A stretch of 64,000 nucleotides of DNA, taken from assembly GCF_001194135.2 (NCBI RefSeq), contig NC_068999.1:2490046-2554045 (forward strand). The letters are read 5' to 3'. A model generated the notes under the pieces. That model did not search any database. It was not told the origin of the DNA and saw only the letters and a program-made list of their open reading frames with translations. Position numbers and translations under genes: made by a program. Below, piece by piece: positions 46,343 through 64,000 of the stretch (position 1 is its first letter; each line of letters begins with the position of its first letter). The DNA is from Octopus bimaculoides. Taxonomy: Eukaryota.

Positions 46343-49300
46343 CTGCCCTTTTAAGGATACGAAGGACTAATTTATCAAAGAAGTACTCTCGATATTCAAA
46401 ACGGTAAGTTGAGATTTGGCTGTTATTTCTAGCTGGTCGAACAGCAAGGTAGATACTTGCTCCTTGAAAGAGAACATTCTCGCTAACAGGACTTTGTGCC
46501 ATCACCAGTTTACATTTATTTTATAAGGGTAATAAACGTGGCTGTAAGTACCATATCAAATTGTTTCAGCTGATTTTATGGTATCAAGTTGACAGAAGAA
46601 AACGAGGAGCCATCGACCTAGAAGAAATAACCGTTGTAGGGACATATTACCTCAAAACCTCGTAAAACGACACATTAGTTTTATCTATATATACAAAAGG
46701 GTGGTATTATTACGGGTGGAACACCTTTCGTCATATGCTTGACCAGAGCTCAGCTCGTCTAAACCGAAGTTCACCACTCTAAATAATTATTATCGCTCGA
46801 TATTTTATCATCAGTAAAATGATTGGACATAACTTCAAAAATTCCTTTCATTACCTGAGTTTCTCTGTATTTGATGGAAATGCAAAATTGTTACGTATAT
46901 TTAGATGTCCGTAAAGTTAGAGATGAACGAGCTGTTAATGTTTTTGTTGCCTAAAAACACTTGGCAACCAGAGTGACAGAATATTTATTAATCCGTTAGC
47001 AACACATACTATACTCATTGAATGATGAATAATAAATCAAAAGCCGGAAAAAGAAAAAAAAAAAGGTGAACTCTTTCACGAGAAATGAGCCAGGCATCTC
47101 GCGCAGACAGGAAAATATTAGTTTTTCTTTATTAAAGTACACAATACTAATACTTTTGGGAAGGAAAAGAACGATATGACGTCCGTGTCATTCTCAAATG
47201 GAATATTAGCAAGTCAAATAAAGTGAAATATGTTCGGGTAGGCATTGAAACCGGGACGCGATCTTAGCATCGAGTACAGGAGCGGGTAGAATCTGAAGCT
47301 CAGCTAAATTCACGTTTGGTATTCGTATAGAGCACTAGCAATTTTGTTTTCCTGCGCCCTCCACTGAACAATTAACATTGTTTATTATTAATTGTGTTTT
47401 CTTAAATAAACCCGGAAAGGTGTTCCCATTAAATTGTGTGTAGACAGCAAAATTAATTTGAATAGAAAATTAGCGACAAATGTAGTCAGTTACGTTTTAC
47501 CTGAGAACTCGGCGTCCATAAGAACTTTATCACATTCTTATATCTGTTGCTATGCTGTTTGGCGGTTTTCCAGTCTGGCTACCATAAACATGTCACCTGA
47601 AAACACGTTAACTATATACTAATATAGTGGTAGGTCTGTTGATAGTGTAGAAAAAGGTTGTCAGTCAGTAGAGAGTGAAAGAGTGAGGAATGCACGGTGC
47701 TGACTAGAAAGGATAGAGGTGGCATCGGCTTTCTTGCGGCCGAAAGGCAAGTGCTGGTCTTGATCAAAAGCGGGTGCTGCCCTTTGGTCTGGCTGACACA
47801 AAAGAGCAGCACTTCCCTTTTCGACTGCAAGAAAGATGATGCCACCTTTATTCTTATTCTTTTGCCGAATCACTAAGTTACGGGGACATAAACACACCAG
47901 CATCAGTTGTCAGGCGATGGCAGGGGGACAAATGCAGACACACATAAATATATACACATATATGTGTGTGTTTATGTCTCTGTAACTTAGTGGTTCAGCA
48001 AAAGAGACTGATAAAATAAGTACTAGGCTTACAAAGAATAAGTCCTGGGGTCGATCTCTTCATCTAAAACCCTTCAAGGCAGTGTTCCAGCATCACTGCA
48101 GTCAAATGACTGAAGCAAAAAAAAAAAAATGACTGAAAGAATAACCATGTGATGTCCCGCTTCCAGGCTGGCGAAAGCTGGATGGTTTCACAGGCTCTGG
48201 TGACTTACAGTACTGCATCGCACTCCAGTCTCTGCCTTTGTATGGTTTCTACAGCTGGGTGCCTTTCCTTCTGCCAACCACTTTATAGTGTACTTGATGT
48301 TTTTTTTCTGTGACACTAATAAAGTGATTGCTTCATAACTTGCAAGGCTGAGGGCCTAAAGTAGCCCCTGTAACTGAGAGAAGATACAAGAGAGTGTGGG
48401 CTATCATTCAAGGTAGAGGAATGGTTAGTAAGAAGGGAGGATGGAGAGGTATGGCGCAGAAGATGAAAGGGGAGGGATTAGTGACAGAGATTATAGAAGA
48501 GAAAAAAAAAAGAGAAAGACTGAGCTGAATGGTGATATGTTGGGTTGTGTGAGGAGGGTATCTAGAGCAATCCAATATTAGAAGAGGGTGAGTAAGAGAA
48601 CAGATGGGGAAAAGGAAAAGAGAAAGGAAGAAAGCAATAGCCAAGAGTAGAGAGAGATGCTGTGAGAGTCATTGAAGGAAAACAGGGTGTGGGGGATTCA
48701 TGGGGATACATCAGAGGGGGAAAGCTGAAGAAAAAGATGAGGCTGTTGAGGGGGAAGAGAAGCGGAGAGTGAGAGAAAAGGAGGCACAAGATGAGGAGCA
48801 AGAAGATGTTGAAGAGTGCTATGGATGTAGGAGGAAGAGGAAGAGCAGAATCTCAATGCTGCAAATGCATTCTAAATGGGGAGGCAGTGGAGAGGATGGA
48901 AAAAGAGAGAGAGAGAGACTCAAACAGACAGAGTGTGACAGAGAGAAACAGCAGATGAGTGAGTGAAGGAAATGATAGAAGGCATCCAAGAGGTGTAAGA
49001 GCTGGTAGTAAGATTAAGATAAGAGGAGGTAATTGAGTGACAGTAGAGGTAACCTGAGAGAGAGTGTGAGTGATGAAGAGATGGGAGACCTGGGTGAGGG
49101 GAGATGTAAGGTTCGGGTTAGGGATAAGAAATGGAAGAACAAGAAGTCTGTGCTTTTTGATTGAGAGATAAACAAAAGTCTGTGTGAAGTTCCAAATACA
49201 AAATATTTATTAATCATAATCAAAACAATGTGTTGTTATGGTGAATGACAGAAAAGAAAATATTTAAGACAAGTAAATCAATTTGTGTGTGTCAGCAGCC

Positions 49301-49829
49301 ATGAGTGGACTAAATTCGTTCTGTGGTTGTTGTCAAGTGCCATAAATTTCTGTAGTGTCATAAATTTCTTGGCTGCTTTATGGTCACTGGCAAATTAGCA
49401 GATAAACAAACTATGCATAGTTAATGTCTTTCAATGAAAAGGAACCAAAGACAAAATTATTAATGACATTTCAGTATGTCGTTTGTCCAAAATTATGGTA
49501 GTATACAACATATGGATTCAAAGGGTAAAACATCTGTTGGATTTATTGTATTTTGTTGGTCACCTCAGTTATTGATTAAAAACATGTTCTTGAGGGTTCT
49601 ACCTGAGATTTGAGTGATCACCTTTTTTCTGATGTTATCAATCTATGACAGAATTCTGTTATTTATCGGTTTTTTTTTTTTTTCTGAACAGTGATTCAGG
49701 TTTGATTTCTAGTCAGTGAGTTGGTGTTTAGGACTCTATCAAACATTCCTGCTGTATGCATGTATATACGTCGGTGTGTGTGTCACAGCTTTTTAATTGC
49801 TCCCCTTGTGTTAGGATGTGTTTTTCTTT

Positions 49830-50300
49830 TTCTTGGGTGGACAAGTCTTCTGTAACATCATGTACTGGCAATCAGTAGAGTCTTTTCTCTTCAGATCAGC
49901 TTTCACCATTTTGTCCTCAGTCTTCTTTGGCCCTCCTCTTCTACAGACTGGAACAGTCATCTTCAAACATATCTCATGCTTGTATCAACATAGTCTCATC
50001 TCCTGTACACTACACCTGACTCCGCTTCTATCCGGTCTCTCTCTTGGCTCATTTCTATTCTGGCATTCAAGCATACTGACAAAGCACATCTATTAAAGCA
50101 AGAGAACTTCGTTTCTTTCAAGTTTTCACAAATTTTTTGCATGCAAGACTCAAGTTACCATGCAGCATTGCAGTTCTAGCACACCACTTTCATTCTGAGA
50201 GAAAAACTTGGTGCCAGCACAGTGACGTAACTAGAGTGTGTGCTGCCACAGCAGTCTTTGAGTTTGCCGCCTCTCTCTCCCAAATATTCCTGCTACACAT
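49830..50300 (-). mobile_element. Decayed RTE LINE 3' part
   Basis: SLRMK..., RTAMLHG, GVRCSVQEMRLC*YKH and RGGPKKT correspond to the intact RTE motifs at 16600-16700. Confidence 0.75.
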
Positions 50301-53300
50301 ATGTATGTATGTACATACGTTTATACAGCAGACCCAAAAATGCCATCCGAGGTGGACCCCACGCCAACACCCAGTTACACCCTAGTCAGCAATGGTAGTA
50401 GCTCCCTGAACTTTTTCCAACCTGTATAGTAACCTGGCTACTTTACTTTCCAAGTAACCATCTCCCCCACCCTATGTCTTCTAGCTAACAGAAACTATCG
50501 ACTACTTCTGGTGAGCCACCTGGGCATTTAAGAGAATCTATGCCAAATCACCCAAAAGTAGAGAAAGAACTGTGAAACAGGTGACATACATTAGTCACCA
50601 TTTGCATAAAGTTACAAGTAGTTAGTAACCAGCCAAGGCATCATGATGCATTCTGCTTTCACTGTCTCATCAGAATGCTTTTTCCTTTAGCTTTGTCAGG
50701 GTACAACGACTTTCAGAATAACTATTTATTAGTATCATATAATTGACATATGTGGTTGAGTCTCAGAGTTGCAAAACTTTGGTTAACTGAAATTATCCAT
50801 GCAATTAGTAAACAAAGTTTCCTAAATGAGGCATTCAAAAATTTAAAAAAAAAAAAAAAAAATTAACACAAGCAAGGGAGATAAATCCAATAATATAAGC
50901 TAATTTAATGGAAATTAAAAATGTCAGATCAGAGTGGACCTTGTATTTAAAAAGCAAGACAGGATTCATTTGTATCGAATCTCCTCAGTGAATTTTATCC
51001 AACTCAGTTGGCAAGGCATAGAAGTGATTAGTATTTTAAATAGGAATAGAAAGTATTTCCTTTTATTATATCAGTGCATCATACATGTTGACTGCATGTC
51101 TGAATTAATGTACATATACATTCACATTCATTGTGTATAAATGTATGTGCCCACATACAAATATGCATGTCTCTGTGGATTTGTGCGCACACACATTCAT
51201 ATATCACAAAACACTGAAGGCACTTGAACAGAAAGAGCCTCTCTGAAGGAATAAGGGTCTCTCTTGGCACAACCAGTCATAATTAAGGCTTCCATCTCAT
51301 GAGGCATGAGAACTTTGCAGCCTTTTGATGCAACTAAACTTCATAGGTACCCCTACTTTTAGTTGCAGATTGTAAGGAGACACAACAGATGGCTGAATGG
51401 AGGCTAGGATAAACTCAGAAGCATTTCTTGAGATGTGTTCATTATTATACATTTTTTTTTTATCTAGACACATCCATTCCTTAAAAGAAAGCGCTATTAA
51501 GTGTGATTCTCATATTGGAAGAAAGAAATCTTTGAGGCCTGCTCTCAAAGTCATTAGCCAGTGTATCCTTGAGAATGATTGGCAGAGTTTGCCTGAAATC
51601 ACCAGAGAAAAAACTGTGACTCCAGCCGAGTTGTAATTTGTGATAGGGATCTGCCAATGCAGTCTTTGAGACATTGTGCAGTCACCTGATACTTTCAGTT
51701 TGGATTGCTTTGAAACCTCTGATTTCTTAATACTGCACATATGACTGTTACTGTAGCTCAAGCGGCAGCTTAAAAAACAGAATGACGTCAGTGCTGCCAC
51801 CTGTGAACAAAGCTGCAACAACTCCAAATGAGGACACTGCAATAATATTTGAGTGATTAAACTTTGGTCCAAATTAGGTTGAGCAAAAATGCTTTACCAA
51901 TTCCATTAGAAGCATCAAGGGAAAGTACTCCTCTTCACTGAGATATCATTAATTGTTTGATCTTTGTATTAGTCTTTTTTTTTCTATAAATATATCTGGA
52001 ACCACATACACACACACATTAATATAATGGTACCAACTGTAGAAGCAATCACGTAAAATTTTTTCTTAAGTATATGAAAATTTAAATTGGATCACATACA
52101 TAAACAGACTCAAGATTGTGTTCTCATTAAAGTACATTTGAGAGTAGCAGAATAAACTTAAGGTCAATAACAGAGTAAATACAAATTAACTGTAATAATC
52201 AGTACAATTATACTGGTAGCCTAATATTTTTTTTTGTACCTAATGAAGATTCCATCACAAAAGCAGAATTTCCTTTTCAGAACCAGAAAATACTTCAGTC
52301 CTTAACAGCTACTAACCCTTTCCAGACATTATGCCTTTCATAAGGGTGTTGTTTTCACACATGAAACAGTTCACCAATCACACACACACACACACACATA
52401 TATTCTTGGTCATATCTAAAAGCCATTATATGGTGGTGAGCTGGCAGAATCGGTTCCATGCTTAGTAGCATTCCATCAGTCAATTACGTTCTGAGCTCAA
52501 ATTCGACCAAGGTTGGCTTTTCCTTTCATGGTTGATAAAATAAGTCCCAGTTGAGCATTGGGGTTAATGTAATTGACTAGCCCCTACTCCCACACCTGAA
52601 ATTGCTGGCCTTGTGCCAAAACTGGAAACCAATATCTAAAAGCTGTAAAGTTAACCTTCATTCATTTATACTCTCGAACTACTGTGCCTTCTTCCTGTCT
52701 TCTACAACAATCTCTGCTCCTCTTATTTCATCCTTCTATACATTCAACACTGCCCAATCCTTTTCTTGAACTACTTCCTCTAAAACTAGCACCACTAACC
52801 ATCAATATTTTAAATTGATATCAACTTTATCCTCACCTTTATTACAGACAACATAATTTAAAAATTGAGTAACATTTCAAAAGCAACTTGTGAAAAAACA
52901 ATGGCTGACAATTCTCAATAAGTTCTTAAGAATGAAGAATTTTCCTTATGAGAGAGTTCTCCCAAGAAGTATGTTCCAGATAAAAAAAAAAAAAAAAATG
53001 AAATTCTCCACTATCTATTCTATTTCTGTGATTATCATTAAAAAAGCAGTATAGCTTGAATTGATAAATTTAAGGATGTTTTACCATAACATAGCTATGT
53101 AATATTTCTGTTTTGATAGCCAGACAAGAGAAACTGCTCTTATTTTCATCAGGATAGAATAAGTAATTATGTTGGAATTATACCAATGTACACACTCCCC
53201 TTTTCACAGAACAGGCTCTATAATTACTAAAGAGAAATCATAAACTGAAAAAAAATAAATAAATAAAATAAATGGAAAAACTGCAATTTGCAATGTCATT

Positions 53301-54586
53301 TTCATTATAGAATAAAATTCTTTATTAAAACAAGTTGTTTAGTCAAAGACTATAAAGTTCAGTGTTAGACTTTTCAATATTACAAAAGCTCAATTGAAGC
53401 AATTTAAATACTGAACATAATTGTATTTATTAAAAAAAAAAAACTACTAATAAATAATAATAATTATAATAATAATGAGCCAAGCAGTAGTTAACCATTA
53501 ACTGGAAAGTTTGGTGAAATTGAACCATAATTTGGAATCCAAAGAATTTTGTATGTAACAAGAATAATAACTAAGAATCTACTAAACATATTCTGTTAAA
53601 AATATAGAATTGAAATTAAGACAGTTTTAATTTACAAGTTAGCTTCAGCTTCTGAGCTATACACCTCTCTCAGGGCCAAACTATTTGAGTATAATCAAAC
53701 ATACAATCAGCATGTAATTTGGTCCCTTGTTGAGTGAGAAACAGCTGTTGTAGTTGAAAATATCACCAAACTAAAGAGGATCAAGTATTGTGAAAAACAA
53801 TACTTTATTAGTGGAAGACAAACAAACATCATAAAAAAAAAAAAAAAGAAGGGGGAAAAAATATAAGCATTACAGAAACTCTTTCAATGAAAAGGGTGAA
53901 GAGGTGCCAGAAATAAGTGAAAATGGTGCAGAGCTGAATAGGAGAGATTTGATAAATGGAAAAAATGTAACTGTGGTGCTGTTTGTACCGTTTCCATTGC
54001 TAAGGATCTTGGAAAAGGTAAATGCTATTCCTTGTTATTTTCTGCATCCTAAACCTCTCAGGTGTTATCCCTATTTACAAAATTTGACAATTCCGAAGAA
54101 ATAATATTTAATGTAAATAAAATTTAAATGGAGTAAGTAAATTACGAAAACTCAATTCTAAAAACTGTATCAAACAATTTTATCATCCTTATTTGTAGCT
54201 CCAGCAAATGGTTTTCTAACCATTTTATTAAAGCTAACAGATGTGATATGCTTATAGTTCACTAAATGGGTGAAATTAATTTTATATTAAAATAAAACAT
54301 TTTTGTTTAAGACAATGTGATGAAGTAATTTATTTTCACATTTTAATATATTTAAATAAATTTTATCAAAAGACACATGTCTTTAGAAAATAAAATTGTA
54401 AACGAGAAAAAAAATATATTATATGGTATGAAATGATTTCTGGAACAGCCTATAGAGAACATCATTTTTGAGGAGATGCCCTGGAAGGAATATATTTTTC
54501 TTCACTTTCAAAATAAGCTGCCCAGCATAATCAAAATCCATATGGCATCCTTTCAAACAGATTGGTCAAATATCTTCATTGATTTA

Positions 54587-59764
<5,178 letters not shown>

Positions 59765-59972
59765 ATTCTCCTCTACCAACTCCAAACGTTGAGAAAATAG
59801 AAAAACACAGAGAGAGAGAGAGATGTCTTCGAGGGAGGAAATAAAAGTGGCAGACTTTCCTTTTTCGCTGCTCGGTTCAAGGGGTCAGTATTTGAAAATC
59901 AAATGGAATTGGTGAAAGCCAGGCTAAGTTTGGCGAATGTTGTTCAAGATTTCACAGAAAACCCACAGCTGA

Positions 59973-60219
59973 ACGACGTCGTGGATGGTTTTAGTGAGCG
60001 AGGGGGAGAGAGAGAAGGAAGAGGGAGAGAGAGACGTGGTAAGAGAAACGAGAGAGGAGCACGGAAGAAAGTGTGACGTTGAAAGAGAAATGCGGAGGGT
60101 TGAGGACTGGTGAAGAGAAAAAGGAAGAGTGAGAGAGAAAGAAAGAAAGTTGAAGGTGAGGGAAATATAGATAGAGTAAGAGGAAAAGAAGTGGGGAAGC
60201 GAGAGATAATGCCACGTCA
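59973..60219 (-). promoter_or_regulatory. Cluster of ACGT-core bZIP motifs, including a UPRE (TGACGTGG), upstream of SERP1
   Basis: CCACGTCA 60212-60219, TGACGT 60074-60079, GACGTGG 60033-60039 and palindrome ACGACGTCGT 59973-59982, in a CpG-rich stretch 210-455 bp upstream of the ATG. Confidence 0.55.
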
Positions 60220-60402
60220 CAATATTTGGCAAAGTAAAACAACAAATCCTTTCTAACCGACATTATNNNNNNNNNNNNNNNNNNNNNNNNNNNNNNNNNN
60301 NNNNNNNNNNNNNNNNNNNNNNNNNNNNNNNNNNNNNNNNNNNNNNNNNNNNNNNNNNNNNNNNNNNNNNNNNNNNNNNNNNNNNNNNNNNNNNNNNNNN
60401 NN

Positions 60403-60433
<31 letters not shown>

Positions 60434-60752
60434 GATACATGCGTACAGATATGTATTCGTTGTAAGATTCATTTGAATCAAAGTATTTTAACATTCAGGA
60501 CACCAAGAAAGATTCCAGCTCAGCACATACGTGTATATATCATACAAACACATCCATATACACACGAACGTATCCATAGATTTACATATATATATTGTAC
60601 ACGCACACATACATACACATATACAATAGACATGCAAGTGTATCCCCATGCACACACGCATGTTCATTCACGATCCAACGTAAGTTCCAGATCCAAAATA
60701 GGGAAGGTTTCATATGTTTTGTTTGTATAAAATAATAACACAAATGGGTTAA

Positions 60753-61063
60753 AGATTCACTATAGCTGTTTCAGACGCAATTAATATTGATTAATACTTC
60801 GATTACATCAGGAAAAAAAAAAAAACTTCTTTACGGCGATTAAAAATTTGGTTCTGACAAAAGTCTTCTCAGTTAGGCATCATTGAAGAAAGTCTCTCTT
60901 CTCTCTTCAGTGATGTCGAACTGGGAGGATCGATCCACATCTTGCGGTATCTTTTTGTCAGAACCAAATTTTTAATCACCTGAAAGAAAACGGTTTTTTT
61001 TTTAACGATGTAATCGAACTTATTGATCAATAAAAATGCATGTGAAACAGCCGCAGTGAACCT
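60753..61063. mobile_element. Palindromic MITE with TTAA target duplication (Kolobok/T2-like)
   Basis: TTAA at 60749-60752 and 61064-61067; termini AGATTCAC / GTGAACCT; the arms pair imperfectly almost to the centre near 60893. Confidence 0.82.
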
Positions 61064-61619
61064 TTAAACCTTTTGTGTTCCTATTCTGGGCAAGTGCCTT
61101 CTACTATAGCCTTGAGTCGACCAAAGCCCTGTGAGTGGGATTTGGTAGACGGAAACTGAAAGTACTAGGCTTACAAAGAATAAGTTTTGGGATCGATTTG
61201 CTCGACTAAAGGCGGTGCTCCAGCATGGCCGCAGTCAAAATGACTGAAACAAAGAATAAACGAATATATATTATATATTTAATATATTTTTATATTATAC
61301 ATTTAGATAAAGATAGATCTGACCGGTTTATGGAGTTACCCTGGGTTTCACGTCTATAAAGCACTTAGCTTTACAGCATTTCTTCAGATCCTAGGCTTAT
61401 GGCCTCTCCATCTTTTACCTTTTACTTGTTTCAATCACTGAACTGCAACAATGCTAGGCCACCATCTTCAAGGGTTTAGTCAAACAAACCACTCCCCTCC
61501 CTGGTACTTATTCTATCAATCTCTCTTTTGCCAAACCTCATATTTATGAGGACATAAACCAACAGTTGTCAAGTCATGGTGGAGGGGAGGACAAACACAA
61601 AGGTATATATACATAGATA

Positions 61620-61960
61620 CACACACACAGGCTCTATACAGAGAGGCCATTAGAAAGGTTAGGATTGGCAATAAGTATAGTGAAGAATTCCGGGTAGAAG
61701 TAGGGGTCCACCAAGGATCAGCCCTCAGTCTCCTTTTATTCATCATAGTCCTCCAGGCAATAACAGAGGAATTTAAGATGGGTTGCCCCTGGGAGCTCCT
61801 CTATGCTGATGACCTGACCCTCATAGCAGAATCACTACCAGAACTAGAGAAGAAATTTTGTGTGTGGAAGCAAGGTTTAGAATCAAAAGGCCTTAGAGTC
61901 AATGTAGCAAAGACCAAAGTTCTAGTAAGTAGGAAGGCAAACTCACCCCCAACCTCAGGT
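61620..61960 (+). mobile_element. RTE reverse-transcriptase fragment
   Basis: [38 protein letters not shown]; same family as 22465-22803 but more diverged. Confidence 0.9.
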
Positions 61961-63199
61961 AGGAGGAGATAAGAGGGTATAAAAGAGGTACAGGGAATAG
62001 GAGAGATGTGTAGGCAGAGAAGAGGCAATATAGGGTGTACATTACTCCATTATTTTAACAAATATTTCACCAAGCTGGCAGAGAAATTTGGGTCTTCTGC
62101 AGCTCTGTATATCAGCAGCAGACAAAGTGTGTGTATGTGTCTATGTACTTGTGTGAATATGTCTCTCTCTCTCTCCATCCCCCCTCTCTATTTTATGTAT
62201 ATATGTGTGTGTAAATATATAATGGAGAAGTATATATATATCACATAAAGTTTGGCTGTGTGGTAAGAAGCTTGCTTCTGAACCATGTGGTTCTGGGTTC
62301 AGTCCCACTGCATGGCACCTTGGGCAGGGGTATTTTCTACTATAGTTTTGGGCCAACCAAAGCTTTGTGAGTGGATTTGGCAGCCCTTCAATATTTCCCT
62401 CACTTTAATGGAAACACGATGTAAACCACAGTCTACGGACATATCTCCTGAGAGTGACTTTATTTACTTACCACAGGATGGATTATAACAACACCTTAAA
62501 ATGAAGTTCTTACCTTTCCTTACCACGTCTATTACATTATATCATTTTTATTTTTTATTTTTACCTATTTTACTCTATCTTATCTTATTTCACCCTACTC
62601 TATTATTCTGAGTGCAAAGGTTTATTTTTGGCTAAATACAGCTCTTGCAGCACCCTACCAAGAATATAGCATCAATAGTGTTTCTTCCTGGCACAAAATC
62701 AAACTGCATCTCATCTGGGCTAATTCATTTTTTAATTATTTGACCTATGACCCTGTTTCCTTCTTACTTCATAATCTCCCTCGTTTTGGTTGTGTCTTGT
62801 GACCATTTGGTTGGGAAGCAGGCTTTTTAACCACACAGCCATGCATGTTCCTATTCTGTCAATCAAGTTGGCATAGAATTCCAGAAACTGTCATTAAAAC
62901 CATTTCCAGTTTATATTAATCTCATTTGTGGATATAAAGAATTGAAAACATTTATGTTACACTTTGATTTGTTTTGATTTTTGTTTGGCACTATCTTTTG
63001 TTTTTTACTTGTTTTAGTCATTGAATTGTGGCCATGCTGAAGCACTGTATTGAAGGGTTTTAGTTGAGTGAATTGAACCCCAGTACTTACTCTTTTAAAG
63101 CCTGATACTTCTTCTATTGGTTTCTTTTGCTAAACCACTAAGTTACGGGGGACATAAACAACCAACACCTGGTTGTCAAGCAGAAGTGGAGGACAAAGG

Positions 63200-63540
63200 C
63201 ACACACACACACACACACACACGAGAGGAACAAAAGTCATGCACTGTTGAAGTGGTCAGCTGCCCAACAGATGTGAATGTGCGATCAAAAGTTCAAGTAA
63301 AAGAGAACATTTATGGCAAATAAATGTGGAACTTACAGCTCTTGTATCCTGACTATAAATTCTCATTTGTACCTGTCATCTCAGGTGTATTAGGTTATAT
63401 TCCAACAAATTTACACAAAAACCTTGAAGTGCTAGTTTTTTTCAGAGAAAGAACAAAAGAAACTGACATAGATTCTTGTATTCCAATCTATTAATGGCAA
63501 ATGGAAGATTTGTAAGACATTCCAAAGATTCTCCATCTGA
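63200..63540 (+). mobile_element. Decayed R4/Dong-like LINE C-terminus
   Basis: PVISGVLGYIPTNLHKNLEVL...QSINGKWKICKTF in shifted frames; matches 1333-1415. Confidence 0.55.
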
Positions 63541-64000
63541 GATTCTTTTGGTGAATAGAGGCACACACTTGGATGTATGCATCGACAGCTCAACCAACAC
63601 ACCAACTCAGCCACATATCAGGAATTCTCTTAACTCTTCAAGTCTTGTCACTTTGTTAGCATCCGGCTTGAACTTTTTAAAGAACTTGAATAAAACTCAA
63701 GAAAAAAAAGTACATACATGACAGGCTTCCCCTCTACTAAAACAGCTTACAAGGCTTTGGTCAGCCTGAGAATATAGCAGAAGACATTTGCCCAAGGTGC
63801 TACACCATGAGATTGAACCCAGGGCCATGTGGTTGGGAAGCAAACTTCCCACTACATGCTCACTCTTGTGCCTATATACATATTGAGGAATTAAAAAAAC
63901 AAAAAAAACTAATAACAACTGGAGAGGTTCCAACAAAAGTATAATTCTATTAGCAAGAATTCATGTCAGACATTGTATTTTGAGCTAATCCTTTAACACT

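Noticed and set aside
48380-49150. Purine-rich ORFs (EKDEAVEGEEKRR...) and hydrophobic Leu/Ser/Phe ORFs on the opposite strand (also 12990-13298, 29161-29449, 59924-60232)
   Set aside because: These are GA/CT-biased low-complexity or decayed LINE sequence with no splice or homology support.
51510-51872. 120-aa minus-strand ORF with an LRR-like start (ITQILLQCPHLELLQLCSQV)
   Set aside because: There is only one short LRR-like stretch, no flanking splice sites or further exons, and it starts at TTG; chance or a decayed repeat is more likely.

Overview
This is AT-rich eukaryotic genomic DNA, dense in microsatellites and SINE/LINE repeats, with 7 N-gaps (about 12353-12885, 16712-17180, 22804-23785, 31516-31685, 38699-39023, 42477-42647, 60267-60402). 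The repeat content looks like an Octopus short-read assembly; this is inference from recalled repeat families, not a database hit. Four intron-containing genes were reconstructed by hand with consistent splice phases: POFUT1 (+, 8 exons, 388 aa, one GC-AG intron, no C-terminal KDEL-like signal), aprataxin APTX (+, 6 exons, 203 aa, HIT plus C2H2 finger, no FHA), a C11orf65/MFI homolog (-, 6 exons found, 3' end unresolved) and SERP1/RAMP4 (-, 3 exons, 64 aa). I found no host-gene exons in 1-19 kb, which is mostly transposon debris (Tc1/mariner, RTE, R4/Dong-like, Penelope-like, SINEs). No CRISPR array, rRNA gene or true tRNA gene was found. Best leads: an 85-aa signal-peptide, Cys-rich cationic ORF nested antisense in an MFI intron; two minimal hammerhead-ribozyme-like motifs; a foldback MITE with a telomere-repeat/G4 core; a UPRE motif cluster upstream of SERP1; and the tail-less POFUT1. 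Repeat boundaries are by eye and approximate; exon boundaries were counted base by base.
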